A stretch of 63,979 nucleotides of DNA, the filler included, from Lama guanicoe (taxonomy: Eukaryota): NCBI GenBank assembly GCA_013239625.1. It is 101 parts of 101 records of this genome, joined end to end, with 100 filler letters (N's around TTAATTAATTAA, not from the genome) between each part and the next. Parts side by side here need not be neighbours in the genome. Positions count along the whole stretch, not along the records: positions 24,912 to 25,660 come from PNXV01026841.1; positions 25,761 to 26,384 come from PNXV01026843.1; positions 26,485 to 27,087 come from PNXV01026844.1; positions 27,188 to 27,807 come from PNXV01026846.1; positions 27,908 to 28,145 come from PNXV01026847.1; positions 28,246 to 28,561 come from PNXV01026848.1; positions 28,662 to 29,077 come from PNXV01026849.1; positions 29,178 to 29,388 come from PNXV01026850.1; 93 more parts are not named here. The stretch is one strand, 5' to 3'. The notes below the pieces were generated by a model. The model had not been told where the DNA came from, made no database searches, and worked only from the letters and a program-made list of their open reading frames with translations. A program made the translations under genes and the position numbers. Below, in pieces: positions 25,561 through 37,110 of this stretch; the first letter of the stretch is position 1, and each line of letters begins with the position of its first letter.

Positions 25561-26334
25561 GTTTATATAAAGTTGTCATCCAATCAAAATTAAAAAGCTG
25601 CAAAAGACCAGAGGACTGTGATTCTGGAGTGGTGAGAATCACAGAAAGCTTGAATGATTTNNNNNNNNNNNNNNNNNNNNNNNNNNNNNNNNNNNNNNNN
25701 NNNNTTAATTAATTAANNNNNNNNNNNNNNNNNNNNNNNNNNNNNNNNNNNNNNNNNNNNATAATGCAAAAGAGATGAAATTATTATGACTATTAAACAG
25801 TTCTGGGATTAGAAATTAGGTCTTCTCATTGCTCACTTAGTTATTAATACAGCCATGTTGTCTCAGTTTTTATACCATGTTGATTTGGAATCTGTGTTCT
25901 TTGCCTTCAAGTCAGTGATCGACTTCTCCATTCCAGAAATTATGTTTCATCCAGGGTTTTGTGGGTCATGAAGCTTATACAATACTGGGGACCTTTTCAA
26001 GCAAAATAAAATAAAATTATAAATACAAAATTGGATGCAAAACTGAGTAGGTAGATAAATATATCAGATGTAATTGCTACCCTGAAAGAGCTAGAAATAA
26101 GTTAACTGGTTATGAAGAAGTAACTGGGAATCATAGATACCATCCTTCTAAAACCAGTCCGCAACTCAACCTCCTGGCTTGGTCCCAGTAATGACTGAGG
26201 TCATACCAAAAAGCTGCCTGATTTGACAGGAAGAGACTTGTCACAGAGGATAACTTGGAGAGGAAAGAGACAGTGATTTTTTTTCCTTCCTTAATTCTCA
26301 TTTTTTTATTTTATTAAAAAAAGTTTAGAGTATA

Positions 26335-26384
26335 TTTTTTATTGAACTTAAGTCAGTATACAGTGTTCTGTCAACTTCTGGTGT
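26335..26384 (-). mobile_element. L1 3' end / poly(A) junction fragment
   Basis: TTTTTTATTGAAC..AGTC..TACAGTGTT..TCAA.TTCTGGTGT resembles an antisense L1 3' terminus. Confidence 0.45.
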
Positions 26385-27907
26385 NNNNNNNNNNNNNNNN
26401 NNNNNNNNNNNNNNNNNNNNNNNNNNNNTTAATTAATTAANNNNNNNNNNNNNNNNNNNNNNNNNNNNNNNNNNNNNNNNNNNNACAACATGCGTTAAAA
26501 ATAAAAGGAAAACTACATTACATGTCTGAGAACAGGAGGGGGGCTGATCCAAGGGAGGAAAAGTAGTGGCTGTGGTCTCCCCTTTGACCTGTGCCCTTGC
26601 TTAGAGGTGGTCTCTTGATTGATTGACAGCGCTTTCCCCCAGAATGCTTAATCAGGTTTGGGTCATTTGTGCATGTCCTTACCCATGAACAGGGGCCACT
26701 AAACGGTAATAATTTTAATAGAATGAACACTGGGTCCTGTCTGATTAAGTCCTTTCTGCTAAAGCGTGGTCGGTTGTGGCTGCTGAGTTTTAACCAGTTT
26801 CTTGCGGGCACTCATTTACAAGAAGCAAAGTCCCTTTAAGTAGGAGCAGGGATGATACCATCTTCCAGACCATCCTCCCTCTCCCCGACAAATCTGCCCA
26901 GTGTCCCCTCTTTTCTGACTACTTAATATTCACCTTGCTACAAATCCAGTTCCTTTCTGTGTAGTTCCTGGCGCTGCTAATTCCGTTGTCATTCAGGTAG
27001 GCACATTCCCCATCTCCTGTGATGGCAAACCTAAAACCAAACACAAAAATATTAACAACAACAATGAAAAATCACAGGTTGGACACCNNNNNNNNNNNNN
27101 NNNNNNNNNNNNNNNNNNNNNNNNNNNNNNNTTAATTAATTAANNNNNNNNNNNNNNNNNNNNNNNNNNNNNNNNNNNNNNNNNNNNGTAAATAACATGA
27201 TGTGGTTCACTTAGTCTTGAAATTCACATTCATTGTTGCTTTCTCTCTGAGGCAGCCAACAGGAGCAGCCAGGGACACTGAGTACATGCTTCTGGACAAT
27301 GACCAAGAAGGTAGATGGAAGGAAAACAGTTTAAAAATGGGATCTTTAATGTGCATTTTTCAATGGCCAGAAAAATTCCTGCCTAGTGAGGAGCGGAAAC
27401 CCTATCAGCCACGTGCAAATTATGCTTCAGACACCCCCGCTGCCCTTGGGTCCACACAGTCAGAACTACAATGGATCAGGGACGTGAATCTTGTGCAAAT
27501 GCAGGGAGTATGAATACCTGCCATTTTAAGATCTCAAGGAGTATGAAAAACATGTGAAGCTTCCATTAGCAGAGACCTGCTGTCACTTCCACTATTTCCC
27601 TCATGGCATGTCCACAGCTTCACTGGTCCTATTCAGAATGAAGACAACATCTACTACCTGCTGGCCCCTGAATCAGTGATAGGTTCTCCCTTGAAAGGAA
27701 GCGTATCCCCTTCATGGGTTACAACTAGTTCATATTTGAAGTAATTCTATAGACGTATAAGGGCTATTTTCATTGGTTCTGCTATCACAGACTTGTCTCC
27801 AAGAGAANNNNNNNNNNNNNNNNNNNNNNNNNNNNNNNNNNNNNNNNNNNNTTAATTAATTAANNNNNNNNNNNNNNNNNNNNNNNNNNNNNNNNNNNNN
27901 NNNNNNN

Positions 27908-28010
27908 GCAGTTCCTCCGAGCTCTCTGAGATGCTGTCACCTGGACTCTGGTCCTCTTTTTCCCCAGATAAACTTTAACCAACAACTCTCAAATTTTGTG
28001 GTTTATCGAC
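27908..28010 (+). mobile_element. Possible ERV LTR 3' end
   Basis: GCAGTTCCTCCGAGCT..GAGATGCTGTC..ATAAAC..ACAACTCTCA..TCGACA, an LTR-like R/U5 ending in CA. Confidence 0.4.
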
Positions 28011-28661
28011 AGTACCACAGAAATCAAGCTTACATACTTGAACTCATAGTAAACATCCAGTATCAAACATTTCTTCAGTTAAATTCCTATTTAAATGTAA
28101 ATAATTATTCCATTTCTTAAATATAGCATTTTTAAATATAAATTANNNNNNNNNNNNNNNNNNNNNNNNNNNNNNNNNNNNNNNNNNNNTTAATTAATTA
28201 ANNNNNNNNNNNNNNNNNNNNNNNNNNNNNNNNNNNNNNNNNNNNAGAACCAAACTCAAGTTTCTGGGCACTGGGAAACAGTCAGATTTCTAAGGAGCAC
28301 CAACCTTGGAATAACATCCGTTGCTAATACAAGGCATTGACCACTCAAGTGTCTAAGACAGGAATTTAGTACCATAACTTCAATAAAAATTCCCCAAAGT
28401 TGAGGAAGTTAACTGAGCTAGCTATTTATCTGGATTATCAAAATCAAACTGAAATATTTACTTTTTCAAGAAAAGATAAAATTAAAATTTCTCAGAAGCA
28501 TAGAAGAAATAATATCAGCAGACTTCAATCTCCACTGGTACCTTTTCTTTGTGTCATAGTCNNNNNNNNNNNNNNNNNNNNNNNNNNNNNNNNNNNNNNN
28601 NNNNNTTAATTAATTAANNNNNNNNNNNNNNNNNNNNNNNNNNNNNNNNNNNNNNNNNNNN

Positions 28662-29077
28662 CGGAATGGGAGAAAATTTTTGCAAACGATGAAACTGACA
28701 AAGGCTTGATTTCTGAAATATATAAGCAGCTCATATGACTTAATAAGAAAAAAACAAACAACCCAATCCAAAAATGGGCAGAAGACCTAAACAAGCAATT
28801 CGCTGAGGAAGAAACAAAAGTGATCAATAGACACATGAAAAAATGGCCACTATCACTAATTATCAGAGAAACGCAAATCAAAACTACAATGAGGTATCAC
28901 CTCACACCAGTCAGAATGGCCATCATTCAAAAATCCACAAATGACAAATGCTGGAGAGGCTGTGGGGAAAGGGGAGCCCTCCTACACTGCTGGTGGGGAT
29001 GCAGTTTGGTGCAGCTACTGTGGAAAACGGTATAGAGATTCCTCAGAAGACTAGGAATAGACTTACCATATGACCCA
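28662..29077 (+). mobile_element. L1 ORF2 C-terminal fragment
   Basis: Encodes [40 protein letters not shown]. Confidence 0.95.
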
Positions 29078-29177
29078 NNNNNNNNNNNNNNNNNNNNNNN
29101 NNNNNNNNNNNNNNNNNNNNNTTAATTAATTAANNNNNNNNNNNNNNNNNNNNNNNNNNNNNNNNNNNNNNNNNNNN

Positions 29178-29388
29178 TTTCTATTTAGCATAATATTGGA
29201 TGTCCTAGCTACAGCAAATAGAAAAGTAAAGGAAATAAAAGGCATCCCAGTTGGAAGGGAAGAAGGAAAACTGTCACTATTTTCAGATAACATGGTATTA
29301 TACCTAGCAAACCATGAAATCTCCAGCAGAAAACTATTTGAGCTAATAAATGAATTCACTGAAATTGCAGGATAAAAGATTAATAGAC
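29178..29388 (+). mobile_element. L1 ORF2 RT fragment
   Basis: Encodes I.LDVLATANRKVKEIKGI.VGREE.KLSLFSDNMVLYL. Confidence 0.9.
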
Positions 29389-30026
29389 NNNNNNNNNNNN
29401 NNNNNNNNNNNNNNNNNNNNNNNNNNNNNNNNTTAATTAATTAANNNNNNNNNNNNNNNNNNNNNNNNNNNNNNNNNNNNNNNNNNNNAAGTAAAAGTTT
29501 TATATAAAGCTGATTTAAATATACCAATTTTACAAACATTTTTCTCAAATTTATTAACTCTTATAGCTTTAATTTTAATATTTATTAGGTTTAATCAATA
29601 ATTCTTATTTCTAGAAGGAGTGCCAGAAGCCTTTTTTGTTTGTTTGTTTTTGTGCATTGTATCTAATTTAATAGAAAATCTCTGGAATTCCCAAGTTTGA
29701 GCCAAAGGGCTTACACCCTTCTCAATTTTTAATTTGATTAATTGATCTGTTGTCCCAATCATTGATCAAGTATCTCAATATATAAATATATATATATGTA
29801 TATTTTAGCCCTATACATTCATACATACATATTACACTGTGGTAAATAAAACGGACTTGTTTGAACTTTAATGTTGAGGGGCAGTAGGTGATCTCTTTGG
29901 CCCTTTTTTTTAACTTTACGTAGTGTNNNNNNNNNNNNNNNNNNNNNNNNNNNNNNNNNNNNNNNNNNNNTTAATTAATTAANNNNNNNNNNNNNNNNNN
30001 NNNNNNNNNNNNNNNNNNNNNNNNNN

Positions 30027-30260
30027 CCTCTTTGGAGAAGGCCCACACTCTGTCTGTGGAGTGTGTACCTACTTCGAATCTGTGCATCAAACCCCCACAC
30101 CTCGTGAAGTTTCTCTTGCATTTCAATGTATCTCTCTGAATATATATACCTTTACTCAACACTGGCTTGCTCTTGAATTCTTTACTGCATGAAGTCAAGG
30201 AACAAAATCTGGTGGGGCACATCCCAGGGGCTAAACGATAGCGTTGGGCACAGCCCTTCT
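30027..30260 (+). mobile_element. Probable ERV1-type LTR 3' part
   Basis: GGAGTGTGTA..TCTCTCTGAAT..GCTCTTGAATTCTTTACTGCATGAAGTCAAGGAAC, a typical LTR U5 signature. Confidence 0.5.
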
Positions 30261-30539
30261 CATGCCCAACGCTTTTTATTCTTGTATCAACAGGACTGGG
30301 CTGTGAAGCGAGGTGTGAGGCCCCAGCTAAGGGACAGAACCAGCCTCCAGGGCTCCAATTTCCGGGCAGCCTCTCCCCCAGCTTGGGCCTTGGGGTCTGC
30401 CGGGATCTCTGTGTTTCTCTGTTGTGCTGACTCCCCAGNNNNNNNNNNNNNNNNNNNNNNNNNNNNNNNNNNNNNNNNNNNNTTAATTAATTAANNNNNN
30501 NNNNNNNNNNNNNNNNNNNNNNNNNNNNNNNNNNNNNNC

Positions 30540-30921
30540 TGGGCAGAACCCAGTCCACACTCTGACTTTGGGATGAACCAACCAAAGGAACTCTCAGCCC
30601 CCGAGGGCAGCTCCATCCACATCCCCTTCTCCTTCTATTACCCCTGGGACTTAGACAAGGTTCACAACGTGAGGATATTCTGGAGATGGAAACACTACCA
30701 TGGGGAGTTCATCTACAACACAACCCCGCCTTTCACTCATAAGAAGTTCAAGAACCGGCTCGTCCTGAACTGGACAGAGGGTTGGAAGGACGGCTCCCTC
30801 CAGATCCGGAACCTGAGGAGGGAGGACGAGGCGGTGTACTTCTGCCGGGTGGAGTTGAACACACGGCAATATAGTGAGATGTGGCAGTCCATCCAGGGGA
30901 CCCAACTCATCATCACCCCGG
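30540..30921 (+). CDS. PILRA: Paired immunoglobulin-like type 2 receptor (PILR alpha or beta; paralogue not resolvable) Ig-V domain exon, slightly 5'-truncated
   Basis: Open frame [36 protein letters not shown]...NRLVLNWTEG...[11 protein letters not shown]...WQSIQGTQLIITP closely parallels human PILR ([53 protein letters not shown]); phase-1 donor G/GTGAGT at 30921/30922. Confidence 0.9.
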
Positions 30922-31058
30922 GTGAGTCCAGCTGTCCTGTCTGAGGCTCTTGGAGGCCNNNNNNNNNNNNNNNNNNNNNNNNNNNNNNNNNNNNNNNNNN
31001 NNTTAATTAATTAANNNNNNNNNNNNNNNNNNNNNNNNNNNNNNNNNNNNNNNNNNNN

Positions 31059-31491
31059 CAGGGAATTTATTTCTCGGACTTCCCCGAACACGGAACACCT
31101 GTGACTGTAGAAAGCTGCGTGGAGTTGTCTCTTGAGATCCCCCACGCGCTGACAATGGTTCCGGAATCCTGAGCGTGGGGAGGTTCCACCAACGGTCGGC
31201 AGCGCGTGGGTTCTAACGGAATGCCTAAGCTCGTCTCCCCTGAGGGTTTTCCTAATTTCTCTGTGCCAGGGAATGCTAGGGGGGTTTGCAGGAAGTCCCA
31301 GGGACAGAGGCTGCCTCCCCAAGGTCAGGGAAGGTATTTCGCGGACTTCCCCAAACAGGGAACACCTGTGACTGAAGAGAGCTGCGTGGAGTTGTCTCTC
31401 CACCTCCCCGACGAACTGACAATATTTCCGGAATCCTGATGTTGGGGAGGTTCCACCAACAGTCGGCAGCGAGTGGGTTCTAACAGAATTG
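31059..31491 (-). repeat. 267-bp satellite array fragment
   Basis: About 1.6 monomers, reverse orientation. Confidence 0.95.
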
Positions 31492-31734
31492 NNNNNNNNN
31501 NNNNNNNNNNNNNNNNNNNNNNNNNNNNNNNNNNNTTAATTAATTAANNNNNNNNNNNNNNNNNNNNNNNNNNNNNNNNNNNNNNNNNNNNTGCACACAG
31601 AGTTACAAGCATTAAAGTAAATCACCAAATTCACAACCTAACCAAGGGGCTACTAGTGCATCCTCAAGAGACCAATGCTTCCTTTATGGCTCTGACACAC
31701 ACCAAGTGTGGTGGCCGCACAAAGTGAACACTGC

Positions 31735-31915
31735 TAAGTGCCAGTGTGTTAAATGCTTCATGTGTGCTATAATACTCTTTAGAATTTACAACAATCCCAG
31801 GAAGAAACGAATATTATCGTGCCTACTTCACATATGCACTAACAGGTTAAGAGAGGTTACATTCTAGTCCAAGGCCCTATGGTGATGAGATGGTGATTTA
31901 AACCGAAATATGGGC
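31735..31915. mobile_element. Possible MIR fragment
   Basis: GTGCCAG..TAAATGCTT..ACAACAATCC..ATTATC..CACATATG..AGAGAGGTTAC..CCAAGG resembles MIR. Confidence 0.45.
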
Positions 31916-32354
31916 CCAGGCCTTGGCTCCTTCTCTCTCCCATCCACCTGACCACTTGCCTATGAAATCCACCTGTCCAATACACAAGTTTGCAGCTGGC
32001 CAGCTCTTAAATGCAATGTGTGCCACCGTTTGTCAATGTTGGTTAATTACCATAAACTGTTCTCAGAAACCACTACAGTAAACAAAGGTGGACTTAAGGA
32101 ATTCTGCATTGTGTTCTCCTGTAATGTGCAGAAACCCTTCCCTACACCACCAAATCCAAATGCATGCTTCATCCATCTTTATGTTTGTACAAGACTTATT
32201 AATGAAGAAGGTACCTGCAGTAATTCCATCTTGGTTGCTTTCCAAGGTTGCAGANNNNNNNNNNNNNNNNNNNNNNNNNNNNNNNNNNNNNNNNNNNNTT
32301 AATTAATTAANNNNNNNNNNNNNNNNNNNNNNNNNNNNNNNNNNNNNNNNNNNN

Positions 32355-32770
32355 CCTGCCCTCAGCTGCCTGGATGCATCACAGGCTGGCTGTCACAGGG
32401 ATCTCTGCCTGTGTAACTTAGTACTGTCAGTCAACTTATAGACTTCAGAGATCCAATCCTTGGAGGCTCCCCGTCCGTTCTGCCAACATTTCAGTTGGAA
32501 TGGAGAGACCTAGTGAAAGAGCGCCAGTCCTTTTTAGCTGATCCCTCCCTGTGAGACCTGTCACAATCTGCTTTACCTTTTCTTCTTTCTTTCCTCCTTT
32601 TCTCCTGCCATATTTTTTGCATCTTTATCTTTTGAAGAGGACAATGCTCTATCAGAGTTCTGCAGGTTCTCTGGTTAGCTGAGTGGGTCTGTGGATGAGT
32701 CTTGGTGCATTTGTGGAAAAGGTTGCAATACCAGCATCCTTCTCCTCCACCATCTTGGCCTCCACCCAAA
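32355..32770 (-). mobile_element. L1 5' UTR including the element 5' terminus
   Basis: Minus strand begins GGGTGGAGGCCAAGATGGTGGAGGAGAAGG (YY1-like CAAGATGG start of L1s), next to an A-rich target site. Confidence 0.6.
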
Positions 32771-32884
32771 AAAATCTTANNNNNNNNNNNNNNNNNNNNN
32801 NNNNNNNNNNNNNNNNNNNNNNNTTAATTAATTAANNNNNNNNNNNNNNNNNNNNNNNNNNNNNNNNNNNNNNNNNNNNCACAA

Positions 32885-33180
32885 AACCTTCTGTGTTGGA
32901 GCTGGAACCCCTAATGAGACCTGTTTGGAGTTGGGGTCTATAAGGAGGTAATTAAGGGTAAATGAGGTCATAAGGGTGGGGTCCTGATCCGATAGGATTA
33001 GTGTCCTTATAATAAAAGTCACCAGAGAGCGTGTCCTTCTCTGCTATTTGGGTCCTCAGTGGAAACTAAGGGGCCCACACTGTGATCCTGGACTTCCCAG
33101 CCTCCAGGACAGTGCGAAAATAGTCTTCTGTCGTTTAAGCCTTCGGGTCTGGGGCATTTTGTTGTGGCGGCCTGAGCAGG
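32885..33180 (+). mobile_element. MaLR MLT1-type LTR
   Basis: GGAGGTAATTAAGG.TAAATGAGGTCATAAGGGTGGGGTCCTGATCCGATAGGATTAGTGTCCTTATAA..GGACTTCCCAGCCTCCAG..TGTCGTTTAAGCC. Confidence 0.85.
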
Positions 33181-33498
33181 CTGGGAGCCTGTGTTTGTGG
33201 GTCTGTGCTTCTGTGGTGTCAGAAGGCCGCAGAGTCAGGCGAGCTATGCTGGGCAGCTTTGGCTGCTTTGTTTGCATGTTATGATACTTCTGTGCGGATG
33301 AGCCGACGTCTAGTTTACACGCACGTGTCACGTGGTTTCAAAAACTGCATGGCTTTGTTCATGTGATTGTATCCTTTCCACCTTTTTCTCCAACTACTNN
33401 NNNNNNNNNNNNNNNNNNNNNNNNNNNNNNNNNNNNNNNNNNTTAATTAATTAANNNNNNNNNNNNNNNNNNNNNNNNNNNNNNNNNNNNNNNNNNNN

Positions 33499-34058
33499 TT
33501 TCACTTAGCATAATGCTCTCCAAGTCCATCCATGTTGCTGCAAATGGAAATTTTTCATTCTTTTTTATGGCTGAGTAGTATTCCATTGTATAAATACACC
33601 ACATCTTCTTTATCCAGTCACCTGTGGATAGACATTTAGGTTGCTTCCTTATCTTGACAATTGTAAATGCTGCTGTGAACATTGAGATACATGTCATCTT
33701 TTTGAATTAGATTTTCTTTTCAGAAATCTACCCAAGAGTGAAATTTCTGGGTTATATGTTAGTTCTATTTTTAGCTTTTTGAGAAACCTCCATACTGTTT
33801 TTCCACAGTGGCTTCACCAATTGCATTCCCACCAGCAGTGTAGGAGGGTTCCCTTCCCTCCACATCCTCGCCAGCATTTGTTATTTGTGTTCTTTCTGAT
33901 GATGGCCGTTCTGACTGGTGTGAGGTGATACCTCATTGTGGATCTGATTTCCATTCTTCTGAGATTAGTGGTGTTGAGCATCTTTTCATGTGCCTGTTGG
34001 CCGTCTGCGTTTCCTCTTTGGCAAAATGTCTGTTCAGTTCTTCTGCCCATTTTTTAAA
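33499..34058 (-). mobile_element. L1 ORF2 3' end fragment
   Basis: Minus strand encodes [29 protein letters not shown] and MWCIYTMEYYSAIKKNE..PFAATWMDLE.IMLSE. Confidence 0.95.
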
Positions 34059-34158
34059 NNNNNNNNNNNNNNNNNNNNNNNNNNNNNNNNNNNNNNNNNN
34101 NNTTAATTAATTAANNNNNNNNNNNNNNNNNNNNNNNNNNNNNNNNNNNNNNNNNNNN

Positions 34159-34655
34159 TTCCCTGCATGAGCCTTCTCTGGCCTAGGCTTGCACACTGTT
34201 GGGCCCGTACACACCTGGATTGCACACTCAGAGGCCTGCACACTCCAAGACATGCACAATGTTTAGCCTGAACACACCTGGGCCTGTATAATCCTGATTT
34301 TGCACACTCCTGGGCCTGAACACTTCTGTCTCTGCACACCCCAGTGTCTGCACACTCCTGGTCCTGCACACTCCTGGGCCTGTACACTCCTCTGTCTGCT
34401 CACTCCTGGGCCTGCCCTCTCCTGGGTCCGCACAAATCCTCGTGTGCACATTCCAGAGCCTGCAAACTCCTGGGCCTTCCCTCTCCTGGGCCTGCCCCCT
34501 ATTCGGCCGGCCCTCTCCAGGACCTGCACATTCTTGGGCCTTCACACTACTGGGCCTGCTCCCACTTGTGCCTGCACACACCTGGCACTGCACACTCCAG
34601 GACCTACACACTCCTGGATCTGTACACTCCTGGGCCTTCCCTGCATGGGCCTTCT
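34159..34655. repeat. Degenerate ~17-bp GC-rich minisatellite (GCCTGCACACTCCTGG-like)
   Basis: CACACTCCTGGGCCT and variants recur throughout. Confidence 0.85.
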
Positions 34656-34755
34656 NNNNNNNNNNNNNNNNNNNNNNNNNNNNNNNNNNNNNNNNNNNNT
34701 TAATTAATTAANNNNNNNNNNNNNNNNNNNNNNNNNNNNNNNNNNNNNNNNNNNN

Positions 34756-35334
34756 GGTAGCAGGAGAAACCCTTCCTCTGGTTTTTCAGTCTGTTTCCTA
34801 GTGCCGGTAAGAAGTTCCTGCGGTTTTCACTGTAAAACCGAGTTGGAGCTTGTACCACCCCTTATATATGTATGGTGTGGAGTTTACCACTAAACAGAAA
34901 CTTTCTGTTCCCTTCAAGCTAGGTGAAGGACGGCTTTCACACACACTTATCTCTCAGAACTGAGCATGTGGAGAGACGTTCGTTCATCCAGCCCAAAGGG
35001 AAGTGGTAGCAGGAGAAACCCTTCCTCTGGTTTCTCAGTCTGTTTCCTAGTGCCGGTTTGAAGATCCTGCGGTTTTCACTGTAAAACGGAGTTGGAGCTT
35101 GTACCTCCCAATATATATGTATGACTTGGAGTTTGCCACGGAACAGAAACTTTGTGTTCCCGTCAAGCTAGGTGAAGGACGGCATTCACACACACTTATC
35201 TCTCAGAACTGAGCATGTGGAGAGACGTTCTTTCATCCAGCACAAAGGAATTGGTTACTGGAGAAACCCTTCCTTTGGATTCGCTGTCTGTTTCCTAGTG
35301 CCGGTTTGAATTTCTTGCGATTTTCACTGTAAAT
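34756..35334 (+). repeat. 249-bp satellite array fragment (this orientation defined as +)
   Basis: GGTAGCAGGAGAAACCC at 34756 and 35005 (249-bp period). Confidence 0.95.
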
Positions 35335-35833
35335 NNNNNNNNNNNNNNNNNNNNNNNNNNNNNNNNNNNNNNNNNNNNTTAATTAATTAANNNNNNNNNN
35401 NNNNNNNNNNNNNNNNNNNNNNNNNNNNNNNNNNTGTTGTTTGAAATCTACATATATTTAGGTGTTGCTACATAACAGCACCCAGGATTTCATGGCTTCT
35501 TCAGTCAACGACTGATCACATCCCTTGATTTGGAGGGTTGGGAATCTGGGCGGGGCTCCACCCGGGGTTTCTCAGGGGCATTCCACCAGCAGGTGACCTG
35601 GGCTGGAGGGTCCTGGTTCGCTCCATCACGTGTCTGGCACTGGTTGGGGTGGTAGAAGCTGGGGTCTCCTGGGCCTGTTGACCAGAGCACCTGGTCGTCA
35701 TGTCTCCCGCGTGCAGGGCTCAGGGCCTGGAGANNNNNNNNNNNNNNNNNNNNNNNNNNNNNNNNNNNNNNNNNNNNTTAATTAATTAANNNNNNNNNNN
35801 NNNNNNNNNNNNNNNNNNNNNNNNNNNNNNNNN

Positions 35834-36070
35834 GCCGGCTGAAGGGGCCGAGGCGGCGGCGGCGGCGGTACCGGCTGAAGCGCCGGCGGCTGCGTTGCCA
35901 GCTGAGGGGGCTGGGCGGTGGGCGGTGGCGGTAGAGGCTGCGGTGCCGGTTGAAGGTGCTGAGGCGGCATCGGCGGCGTTACCTGCTGAGGCGGCTGTTC
36001 CGGTTGAGGGGGCTGAGGCGGCATTGGCGGAGGTACCGGCTGAAGCGGCGGCGGCTGCGGTGCCAGCTGA
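35834..36070 (-). other. CpG-rich low-complexity, possibly coding fragment (Pro/Gln-rich on minus; Ala/Glu/Pro-rich on plus)
   Basis: Stop-free across the contig in at least three frames; QLAPQPPPLQPVPPPMPPQPPQPEQPPQQ..; strand uncertain. Confidence 0.35.
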
Positions 36071-36170
36071 NNNNNNNNNNNNNNNNNNNNNNNNNNNNNN
36101 NNNNNNNNNNNNNNTTAATTAATTAANNNNNNNNNNNNNNNNNNNNNNNNNNNNNNNNNNNNNNNNNNNN

Positions 36171-36612
36171 CAACCATATTCATTACTGTAGCTTTGTATT
36201 ATAGTTTTAAATCAGGGCAATGATACACCTTCTTTGTTCTTTGTTAAAGTTTTTTGTGTTTTTAATTGTTTGTTTTCTTTTCTTTTCTTTTCTTTTTTAG
36301 TGATTTCAACTCTTTTGTGTTTACATGTAAAATTAAGAATTATTTTTTGTAAGTGTATGAAAATGCCCTTGGTATTTTGATAGGCACTGAATTTAATTTG
36401 TGTATAACTTGGCTAGTACTATCATTTAAACAATATTATTTTCCTCATCTATGAACACATTATATCCTTTCATCTGTTTGCATTATCTACAATTTTTTTC
36501 TAAAGTTTTATAGTTTTCTGAGTACACGTTTTTACCTCCTTGGTTTGATATCATTCTTGATTTTCTTTTTGTAATGCAACTGTAAATGAAACAGTTCCCT
36601 CACTTTCTCTAT
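36171..36612 (-). mobile_element. Old L1 ORF2 fragment
   Basis: ATTACTGTAGCTTTGTA.TA.GTTTT.AATCAGG..TTGGTATTTTGATAGG antisense L1 text. Confidence 0.8.
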
Positions 36613-36712
36613 NNNNNNNNNNNNNNNNNNNNNNNNNNNNNNNNNNNNNNNNNNNNTTAATTAATTAANNNNNNNNNNNNNNNNNNNNNNNNNNNNNNNN
36701 NNNNNNNNNNNN

Positions 36713-37010
36713 GTTTAAACCAGTATCATTTTCCTTCTGTCTAAAGTATTTCTTTTTAATTTCTTGCAAAGCAGGTCTACTGCCAGCTAATTCCCTCAAT
36801 TTTTCTTTCTCTGAGAAATAGAAAGTCTGTTTTCCCCTCACTTTTGAAGGATAATCTTAGAATAATTTCTTAGGATGCAGAATTCTGGTTTGTTTGTTTT
36901 TTTTTCTTTCAACACTAACAATTTCACTCTACTCTCTTTCCCTTGCATGGTTTCTGAGTAGAAGTTGTATATAACTATTGTATTTGTTTCTCTATAGGTA
37001 CTGTATCCCC
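36713..37010 (-). mobile_element. Old L1 (L1M-type) ORF1-region fragment
   Basis: ATTTCTTGCAAAGCAGGTCTACTG..AATTCCCTCAATTTT..CACTTTTGAAGGATAAT antisense L1 text. Confidence 0.65.
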
Positions 37011-37110
37011 NNNNNNNNNNNNNNNNNNNNNNNNNNNNNNNNNNNNNNNNNNNNTTAATTAATTAANNNNNNNNNNNNNNNNNNNNNNNNNNNNNNNNNN
37101 NNNNNNNNNN

